Positions 1-8,906 of a DNA stretch of 64,000 nucleotides are shown here, piece by piece. Made by a program: the position numbers and the translations under genes. Origin of the DNA: Torpedo marmorata (lineage: Eukaryota). The DNA is taken from positions 52,452,001 to 52,516,000 of the forward strand of contig OZ360236.1 in the NCBI GenBank assembly GCA_977017645.1, written 5' to 3'. The notes under the pieces were generated by a model. That model made no database searches. It saw only the letters and a program-made list of their open reading frames with translations, and was not told the DNA's origin. Positions within the stretch are counted from its first letter, which is position 1. Each line of letters starts with the position of its first letter.

Positions 1-60
1 ACCAGGCTGAGAAAATGTTTCTTCCTGCGGGCAATGTGCCTGCTGAACGACTGAATGAAC
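1..60 (+). mobile_element. 3' end fragment of a Rex1/Babar-type LINE ORF2
   Basis: Translates TRLRKCFFLRAMCLLND, resembling the TTRFRNSCYPSTIRLLN terminus of the copy at 24.9-25.5 kb. Confidence 0.4.
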
Positions 61-424
61 TGGCTGTTGCTGTGGTGGCTCCGGCATCCCCAATTTGACA
101 CAACAAAGTCTCACATTTGGCAAAAGAATGGTGCAGTGTGGATTTTGGGGCTATGGCGGAATGAAGTTTGTCAATACCCCCAAAGGCACTCCCTGTTCCT
201 CTTTGAATTGTGTCATGGGCTATGATAGGTGCACCCATGCAAGCAGTTGGCATTGGCTTAATTCCCACCTGGAGGACACGTTAACTACAATATCATCACC
301 GTGCAATATATTTAATACTATTGCAGTCCAATATAGCAAGATGAGTTTGTTTTCACAAATAATAAAACACATGAAACATTTTAATTAATACAATTTTTGA
401 GTTATTTAGTATTTTTTATTTCAT

Positions 425-580
425 TTAGCAAATGGAAGGAAAAAGAAGCAGAGGGAGAGAGAGAATGAAGATGATAGATGGATTAACATCGTGGTTAGAA
501 ACAGGGGAGGCAACAACTACAATTCAGAGGGTCATGGAGAAACATGATCGTCCACGCCAAACGGCAAGGCACATGAATGA
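425..580 (+). mobile_element. RTE-clade LINE 3' end fragment
   Basis: EGKRSRGRERMKMIDGL resembles the G.R.RGR.R..W.D C-terminal motif of RTE ORFs; ends in ATGA-type repeats. Confidence 0.5.
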
Positions 581-1109
581 GCAAATGCAACAGAGTGCTG
601 ATCTATATGTAACTCGATATTTCTGTGTCTGTTGTTTTTAGCCTTGCGTTGCGATTTGGTTCCTGTGTGCCCGATGTGGTCTGTTGGGCCTCCATCTTCA
701 ATGCACCTGCAAATGTGTTGATAAAGACTTTACTTTTTTGTTATGTTTCACGTTATCCAAATGAAACTTAAAAGACAAACAACAGCTGAATGACTCATTA
801 AATTTAATAAGACAGGAATGGGAAGTAAAAGATCAATTTTTAAGCACAGGATGTGGTTGGTTAAGCCTCTGAACTCTGATTGGTGTACTCCAATAGTCAA
901 CAGTACGGCAGATGATGCAATTCAACCCTGAAAAGAGAGTGAAAATTAGATGAAATCACGTCTGATGTAGCATTATAGAATACTCAATGTTATTTAATTC
1001 AAACATCCGAGAAGCTCCTGCTGTACTATCTTATGCCTATTTTTCATCCAAATTTGTATATACTGGTAATTCAAAACATTAAAGTTCAAAAGACTAATTT
1101 ATTGACTGA

Positions 1110-2343
1110 CCAGATTAAGGAAGATACACTGTGCACACCCATGTCCCCTGATGATCCTCTACTGTCAGTATCGGAAGATGATGTGCGGGATGCCTTCAGA
1201 AGAGTGAATCCAAGGAAAGCATCCTGTCCAGATAGAGTACCTGACTGAGTACTGAAAACCTGTCCTGATCAACTGGCCAATGTATTCACGGATATCTTCA
1301 ACATCTCACTCCAACAGGGCGTGGTACCCACCTGTTTCAAACAGGCCTTAATCTTACCGGTACCCAAGAAGAGTGTGGTAACCTGCCTAAACGACTACTG
1401 ACCAGTGGCACTCACATCCTCTGTGTTATGATGAAGTGTTTTGAGAGGCTGGTGTTGAAGCGTATCAGCTCCTGTCTGAGGGGCAACATGGATTTGTTCT
1501 AATTTGCCTCCTGCAGCAACAGGTCTACGGCAGATGCCATCTCACTGGTTCTACACAAAACCCTGGAACACCTTGACAGCAAAGACGCATACATCGGGAT
1601 GTTGTTTATCGACTATAGTTCGTGATTCAGCACCATCAACCCCTCAACACTGATCAGCAAACTCCAAGACCTGGGCCTTAACACCCCACTGTGTAATTGG
1701 ATCCTGGATTTCCTCACCCACAGACCACAATCACTGCGAATTGGCAAGAACATCTCATCCACAATCTCCATCAGCACCGGAGCACCAAAGAGCTGTGTCC
1801 GTAGCCCCCTGCTCTACTTGCTTCACACCTATAACTGTGTGGCTCGGTACAATAACGACATCTACAAATTTGCTGTCAATGCCACAGTAATGGGGTGTAT
1901 AAAAAGGGGTGAATAGTCAGCATACAGGAGGGAGATTGATAACTTGGCTGAATGGTGTACTAACAACAATCTCGCACAATGTCACCCAAACCAACCAGAT
2001 GATTGTGAACTTTAGGAAGGGAAAACCAGAGGTATACGATCCAGTGATCTTTGGGGGATCAGTGGTGGAGAGGGTGAGCAAATTTAAATTCTTGGGAGTC
2101 ACTATCTCGGAGGGCCTTTCCTGGACCCAAAATACTAATGACATCGTGAAGAAAGCACGTCAGCGCCTCTACTTCCTCTGGAGTTTGCAGAGGTTCGGTA
2201 TGACATCAGAAACCCTGGCAAATTTCTACAGATGTGTAGTGGAAAGTGTGCTGACTGGCTGCATCACAGCCTGGTATGGGGGTACCAATACCTCTCAGCG
2301 GAAAGTCTGCAAAAGGTCATAGGGACAGCCCATTATCACAGGA
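1110..2343 (+). mobile_element. Rex1/Babar LINE (family A) reverse transcriptase region, degenerate and truncated at both ends
   Basis: [33 protein letters not shown] and VERVSKFKFLGV...KKARQRLYFL motifs, with stops and frameshifts. Confidence 0.9.
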
Positions 2344-2389
2344 AGATCAACAACTCAGACTTGATGCAAATTCATGGTCTACCAGACAG

Positions 2390-2960
2390 CAGTGATTTCT
2401 ATCCTCTATTTCCTGAGATCTGGACCACTGGCAGTCGGTATCTCTCTCTGCATACCTGGGAAAGATATCAGCAATATTATCAACACAAAGTCTTCACAAA
2501 GTGCACTTGAAGGTTAAGCAAACCAAAATCAGTTTCCTCTCCAAGGCCAACGTCACCAGGATTGAGGCCCTATTTGTTATCAGTTCAGCTACATTGTGCA
2601 GGCCAGGTTGGTGGTATGCCTCACACTCTCTGGACTCTGTCTAGGGAGAAGATTACCACACAAACAGAAGAAGAGATTCAAGAATGTGCTTAGCGCCTTT
2701 TTCTTTAAATTAAATTGCAACATCCTCATTAATTCCTTGGAATATCTGGCCCAAAGTGGAAAAGGAGCATTCAGTGTGGCAATGAGAATCCCATATTGAG
2801 AATGCAGCCTTGTGTAAATGGCAGAAGAAGCACATCACCTCCTAAACCACCCTTCTGCTTGCCTTGCAAGGCATCTCATGCATCATCTGTGGGATATTTT
2901 ACATTGACCTTATCAGTCACCTCACAACCCTCGAGTGTGGAAGCAAGTCATCCTTGATCC
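2390..2960 (+). mobile_element. Old RTE-like LINE 3' fragment
   Basis: GRRLPHKQKKRFKNVL..C.I...LEYLA and a C-x2-C...LISHL zinc-finger remnant, typical of RTE C-termini; highly decayed. Confidence 0.5.
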
Positions 2961-3251
2961 TGAGGAACTGCCTCCAAAGAAGTTTCTCTAAGACAGTCAT
3001 TTATAGTTTCCATGCCTTTTCACTACAGTGTATGACATTTGAGGAAATATGCATAAATGTAGCTAGAGTATTAATAGCATCAAAAACTCCTCCTGGGATT
3101 TTAGCAAGAGTGCTGTTTATTATGATGCTGATTTTCCTCCTTGAAAAATAAAAAAAATCTCTCTGCAGGTGGACTATAGGATTCTCATTAGACTGTCTCC
3201 ACAGTCCTTAAAGTGTTAACCCATATTCCCAGCCAAACATACTGTAAATGA

Positions 3252-3860
3252 CACTGGACAATGAAGATTTTGCTTCCTGAACACTTTTGGGTGTATTTTA
3301 TGGATTTTGGGCTGCTGATAACGAAAATCACCTTAAATTTTCCTATCACGTACCATTTTTTTTTATATAACCAATTTTTGTGATTTCCTGTCATATTTTA
3401 AGTTACTTCAAGCATACAAAACCATGAAGTGCAACATGTCATTGAAAATTCATTTTCTGCATTCACACTTGGACTTCTTCCCTGCTGATCTTGGTGCAGT
3501 CAGTGACGAACACGGTGAAAGGTTTCACCAGGACATTGTGACCATGGAAAAGCGGTATCAGGGCAACCGGAATCCATCAATGCTGGCCGACTATTGTTGG
3601 ACACTGACACAAGAGGCATCAGTCAGATGCTGAGTACAAACAAAAATCAGCAGCAAAACATTTTTAGGTCAGTTGAACTAATGCAATGTGTCAGCATCAT
3701 TATGCGATTAAACATGCTAGGTTCAATAAAATGTTAATTTAATGTTTCTCCAACTTCCTATGTGATACAGCAAATCTTTGTGTTCAGCTTGAAATTGTCT
3801 ATCATAATCCCCAATTAGTTTTCAGGAAGCAAACCTTTTGAAAAAAATTGTTGTCCAGTG
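3252..3860 (+). mobile_element. Chapaev3-like (CMC) DNA transposon, internally deleted, retaining the transposase C-terminus (3424-3633)
   Basis: Termini CACTGGACAA...TTGTCCAGTG with subterminal TTTGCTTCCTGAA on both ends; flanks TGA/TTA (decayed TWA TSD); peptide CNMSLKIHFLHSHLDFFP.DLGAVSDEHGERFHQDI..MEKRYQG..MLADYCW. Confidence 0.75.
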
Positions 3861-4170
3861 TTATCTTAGTGTCAGCATTAGGCAAATTAAAAGATGTGAA
3901 AGCTACAGAACTTCTTGATATAAATATGAGCTTTATTTCTTCATGTTGGTGTAATATGGGAGGTGGTTCTGAGTAATCTACAAGTTTTTATGTGATCAAC
4001 TGAAACATCAACAGATTTTGATCTGGTTTAAATTGAAAATGGCCATGTCAAATAAAATAACTATGTGATTTAAGAGAAAAACACATCTCAAAAACATTGC
4101 TGATAACTTACCTTGGTCAACACACTGCTTGGTAATACGGTGAGCGACCTTCAATGGAAGGAGTGAAACC

Positions 4171-4399
4171 TGAAAGTCTGCAGCCGCTGTGATTGTAGTA
4201 AAAACACAGAAATGCTGGAGGAACTCAGTCGATCTTGCAGCGTCCTTTGGCGGTAAAGATATACAGTATTACCAGTGTTTTGGGTTGAGCCCTTCACCTT
4301 GAAGAAGGGCTCAGGCCCGAAACGTCGGCAATATATCTTTACCTCCCATGGACGCTGTGAGACCTGCTGAGTTCCTCCAGCATTTCTGTGTTTTAACTA
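4171..4399. mobile_element. Penelope-derived short foldback element (two inverted terminal-repeat arms)
   Basis: ~100-bp arms (AAAACACAGAAATGCTGGAGGAACTCAG ... CTGAGTTCCTCCAGCATTTCTGTGTTTT) matching the Penelope 3' repeat at 6920-7072; hammerhead-like core at 4299-4326. Confidence 0.8.
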
Positions 4400-4814
4400 T
4401 ATTGATAGGAAGGCCCAATGTTTTGTTTTCTGGTCTGTGGCGAATTACTAATTTCAGTTGGAGTTGCCCTCTGTCACCCAGTGCTTGGGTTCATCCTCTT
4501 GGTTGTTGTTGTGACCCTTTCTAGAATAACTGTGCATGTGGATGTTGGGTATGAACCAAAGTCAATGATGTCCCTCAGCATTCAACTAGCCATCTGAAAC
4601 AATAACTTGTACTTAATATACCGGTATTTAAATTGTATTCATTAGCAGCTCTAACATGAATAAACATCAGACAGTATTGGGAAACAGAACCATTCCACAA
4701 CTGGAGTCTGAGGAAAGACACATAATCATCTTCAAAATATAATTATCTTTGACCATCTTCTGAAACCCTCATCTGTATTTTTTAGTGTATGGGGTTGAAT
4801 ATTCGAGCCTTTAA

Positions 4815-4928
4815 CTCCATAAACTTTGCTCATTCAAAACTCTGTTACTTCTAAACTCACCACGCCCAAGCCCCATTCATCCACCAGCCCTTTGTCCTCA
4901 GACTTGCACTAACTTCAGGTCAGCCACT
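4815..4928 (+). mobile_element. Old L2-like LINE remnant, target of the Harbinger-like insertion (continues at about 7202-7236)
   Basis: CAAAACTCTG...CCCATTCATCCACCAGCCCT...GACTTGCAC resembles L2 3' coding sequence. Confidence 0.3.
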
Positions 4929-6213
4929 AGGCCTTTTCACACCGCCGAGTTCACGTGGGCAGACAGTCCGATTTCCCGGGAACTTACCTGTAAAATGTCC
5001 AATTTGAAAAGAGCCAACCTGGCATGGCGGGTCAAAATCGACTGGGCTCCAAGACCTAGTCGGAGGTAGTCTCGGAGCTCAGCCAATTTAACCCACCAGC
5101 TGTCCCCTGGCAGTCTGAAAAGGCAAAAGGCTCACCTCGTAATGTTACTGACGTCAGCGCGTGCGTGCTTGCGTCACATAAAACCCATAACAATAGAAAT
5201 AAGAGATACAATATAAATGTTACTTTAATGATTGCAAAGGGACCTAAGCCACAATATTAAAAGTATTTTAACATTGAAAAAATTGTAGCTTACCGACATC
5301 AAAAAACAATAGGCCCGCTCAGGGCGGCGGCGGCTCAATGCGGGATCAATGGCCGTCTTCGTTACCCATAATCCCCACGCAGCTGGAAACGCTCTGCGTT
5401 TCCATGGCACTGGCAAAGTGGCAGAGCGGTTCCAGCTGCGCGGGGGATTATGGGTAACGAAGATGGCCATTGATCCCGCATTGAGCCGCCGCCCTGAGCG
5501 GGCCCGTTGTTTTTTGAAACATTGTCCTGTTCAATTATGATATCCCAGAGTATCCCAGATATACCCCAGGCATATCTAGGTGCATCACAGATGAGTCGAG
5601 ATATGATTTTGATCTGAAATCCAGCACCGACTGACGGTCGTTCAACAGCTGACATCTTTATCTCAGTAAGCTCTGAAGCGGGAACCGCGTTGGCATTTCA
5701 GCAGCTCCCGGACCCGCTTCCCTTTAATCCTGAGAGTCAGACGAGGACAGGGGAACATAGTGCTGAAGGGTAAATAACCCGTTCTGTCGGCAGAATGCTG
5801 GGCTCGGATCAGTCAGTTGGGTGGGAATAGGGAGGATGCATTAAACAGGTCGGTATGCGCATTAGGATTTCTCGGCGACGCTTGAAGCAGTGAAGATAGA
5901 GACGGAGATTAGTTGTTCGCTGGATTCCAGGAGCTGGTGAATTCCTCGTCATGGTAGAGTGCTGGGATCTCCCAGTATCATTCTTACAAACGTGAACTGT
6001 ATGATAACACCGCTCACCGCTCAGATCACTCTAACCTCTCTCAATCCAACCCCGCCCCGAGATTGGAATAAAAAGTGCTGGGCATTTACAGTAATGCGGG
6101 TCTCGCATTGAGCTGCCGCCCTGAGCGGGCCTGTTGATTTTTGAAACATTTCCTGTGAGTGCGTAACGCGTCACTCGCATCGTCATCGTTGGAGGCGGGA
6201 CCCCCCTTAAATT

Positions 6214-7072
6214 TCCGGCACTTGCTGCAGGTGCGTCCAACACATTATCCGCCGGAATTTCCGGCACTTGCTGCAGGATCCCACCACCAGACACATTTTT
6301 CCTTCTCCTCCCCTCTCGGCCTTCCGCAGGGACCGCTCCCTCCGCGATTCACTCGTGCACTCGTCCCTCCCCACCCATCGCACCCCCGGAACCTTCCCCT
6401 GTGCCCGCAGTAGGTGCAACACCTGCGCCCACACCTCCCCCCTCACCACGGTCCAGGGCCCCAAACAGGCCTTCCAAGTGAAACTACACTTCACTTGTAC
6501 ATCCAAAGGACTTATCTACTGCATCCGGAGACCGCTTTGCTGAGCACCTCCTCTCCGTCCGCCGCAGCAGCGACCTCCCAGTAGCCAACCATTTCAATTC
6601 TGGGTCACACTCCCACGCTCACATGTCTGTCCATGGCCTCATGTACTATCCCACCCAGACTACCCGCAAATTGGAGGAACAACATCTCATATTCCGTCTC
6701 GGCACTCTCCAGCCAGATGGCATTAACATTGACTTTTCTGCTTTCCACTAACCTGTTTGTTGTTCTCTCTCCCCCCTCCCCCTCACCTGTTTTTTTCCAC
6801 CCACCCAGCCATCCCTCCTCCCCTTCTTTGCTGCTGTCCCCTCCCTCCTTTCTCCACCTATCATCTCCTGCCTTTGCCACCTCCCTTCCCCCCTCACTCC
6901 TTTGTTCGGACGCCTGCCGGCATTTTCTCATACTTTGATGAAGGGCTCAAGCCCGAAACGTCGGTTATGTATTTCTACCTTTGCTACATAAAAGACACTG
7001 TTTGACCTGCTGAGTTCTCCAGCTTTTGTGTTTTTTACTACATTATTACGGTGTCTACAGATTTTCGTGTTT
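6214..7072 (+). mobile_element. Penelope-like retroelement, 5'-truncated (linker, GIY-YIG remnant, 3' terminal repeat)
   Basis: QDPTTRHIFPSPPLSAFRRDRSLRDSLV..GTFPC...CNTC..HFTCTS..LIYCI and RKLEEQHLIFRLGTLQPDGIN; 14-bp TSD ACCCCCCTTAAATT at 6200-6213 and 7073-7086. Confidence 0.9.
6929..6969 (+). ncRNA. Minimal hammerhead ribozyme motif in Penelope terminal repeat
   Basis: catact-TTGATGA-A-GGGC/TCAA/GCCC-GAA-ACGT-C-ggttatg: core boxes, 4-bp stem II, palindromic ACGT in place of stem III, GTC triplet, stem I catact/ggt(t)atg. Confidence 0.7.
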
Positions 7073-7237
7073 ACCCCCCTTAAATTGCCTGGTTGCTACT
7101 TTTCCAGGTAAGTTACGCTGCAGCCTGAAAGAACCCGGAGGTCCAGGCTTCGCTGGAACTTTTCCGGGACACAAGATGTCGGCGGTCTGAAAACGCCTAC
7201 TGTCTCAATTTGAACATTTTCAGGATGTGGTGTCTTT

Positions 7238-7990
7238 GGCCCCTTTGACACTGGCAACCCACGAAATAGGCGAGTAAATGACCCGGTTTGAGGGGTTCAC
7301 ACTGGACCATGAATTACCTGGTTCATGTGGATATCGCGAATCTAAGGGGGGCCCAACCTCCAGTGGTGATGTCCCGAGTGACGTATTACGTACTCGCAGG
7401 GCAGTGAAATCATAGCGGGAATAAAGCACATAAGCGCACAATGTATAAAAGACCGTGGGAAAATCTATTGCAGTGGGCTTCAGACTGTTCAAACTTGGGA
7501 ACTGAGAGGACATTGGGCTGAGCACTAATGCTAGTTCTGTGATCATACTGGGTAAAGAAGAAGAACCTAGCCCTTACATTGTATTAGGTATTATAAGTAA
7601 TCTTGAGATGATTTAAAGCACAGGTATGCGCTGACAGCTCCACCGGCCGCCCTGTGACAGCTCCACCGGCCACGCGCTGACAGCCCCGCCAGCCGCCCTG
7701 TGACAGCTCCACCGGCCGCCCTGTGAAATATAACTGCACTGATATTAAAGCTACCAGACTGACGCACGCACTGACGTCACTAATGGTACCCGGTAGAGCC
7801 GGTTGCCCGTTCACATTGCAGTCTATCAGGTACCAAGTCAAATCTGAGTTAACTCGGCGGCCGGGCTCTGATACAACCCCCTACCAAGTGTCAGAGCCCG
7901 GTTGGGAGCGTTCACACAGGCAGGTGACCTGCTAAATACACACTAAATTGTCTGGTTTAACCCATGTTATTTGGCAGTGTGACAGGGGCT
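7238..7990 (+). mobile_element. PIF/Harbinger-like non-autonomous DNA transposon #2
   Basis: TIRs GGCCCCTTTGACACTGGCAA / TTGGCAGTGTGACAGGGGCT; shares the internal AAGGGGGG..CTCCAG.GGTGATGTC..GAGTGACGTATTACGTAC block with #3; ~24-bp x4 repeat at 7630-7725; no clean TSD. Confidence 0.7.
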
Positions 7991-7994
7991 TAAT

Positions 7995-8906
7995 AGGCCT
8001 TTTCACACCGCCAACCCACCTAGGAAGCGGGAAAACTTACAGGGAATGCTGGACTCGGGAGCCTTTCACACGGCACCATTATTTGTAGGTAATTCGCCAA
8101 CTCGGGATTTTAAGGGGGGGCCCGCCTCCAGCGGTGATGTCATGAGTGACGTATTACGTACAGCGCTCTGACAGCCCAGCTGACTGATTCATGGAACAGC
8201 GATTTGAATCGCTACACATAAGACATAGAGATTTTGGAATATTATATTACAATGTTTAACTCGGAGTGCTTTTTATATCGAGATGCCTGACAAGTTTTTA
8301 TTAAACATAGGTGTTTTGCAATCAAAATTATTCCATCATTTCACTCTAAGTTTTACACATTTTTTGAAAGTGCATCGTGTCAGATCAGTTCCCTTACGCT
8401 CCCTCACGCCGCCTGCTCCCTCATGCCGCCCGCTCCCCCGCCCTGCTCCCTCACGCCGGGGCGACGGGGCTGTCGGGATGGAGCGGGGCAGTGGGATCGG
8501 TGTGGGGCTGATAGGGGGGAGATGGGGCAAGAGGAAGGGGGAATGGAAGAGAGAGGGAGTGGGGTTCAGGCAGCAGGGTTCAGGCAGTGGAGCAGGGCGG
8601 GGGGCTGTCAGGCAGCAGGGCTCAGGCAGCGGAGCGGGGGGCTGTCAAACTGCCAGACTGACACAAGCACGCACGTGCTGACGTCAGTAACATTATGAGG
8701 TGAGCCGTTTGCCTTTTCAGACTGCCAGAGGACGGCTGGCGGGTTAACTCGGCCGGGCTCTGAGACTTCCTCCGACTAGGTCTTGGAGCCCGGTCGATTT
8801 TGACCCGCCATGCCAGGTTGGCCCTTTTCAGATTGGACATTTGACAGGTAAATTCCCGGGAAATCGGACAGTCTGCCCACATGAACTCGGCGGTGTGAAA
8901 AGGCCT
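7995..8906 (+). mobile_element. PIF/Harbinger-like non-autonomous DNA transposon #3
   Basis: TIRs AGGCCTTTTCACACCGCC / GGCGGTGTGAAAAGGCCT (perfect 18 bp); 3-bp TSD AAT at 7992-7994 and 8907-8909. Confidence 0.85.

Larger units (their letters stand above)
4929..7198 (-). mobile_element. PIF/Harbinger-like non-autonomous DNA transposon #1, interrupted by a Penelope insertion
   Basis: TIRs AGGCCTTTTCACACCGCCGA / TCGGCGGTCTGAAAACGCCT; 3-bp TSD ACT at 4926-4928 and 7199-7201; 4929-5176 is an inverted copy of 8659-8906. Confidence 0.8.

Noticed and set aside
5225-5655. Similar ORFs on opposite strands
   Set aside because: An artefact of the palindrome at 5299-5517.
4929-8906. A single 4-kb transposon with 248-bp TIRs
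   Set aside because: Outer flanks differ (ACT versus AAT), while elements #1 and #3 each have their own matching TSD and inner TIR.
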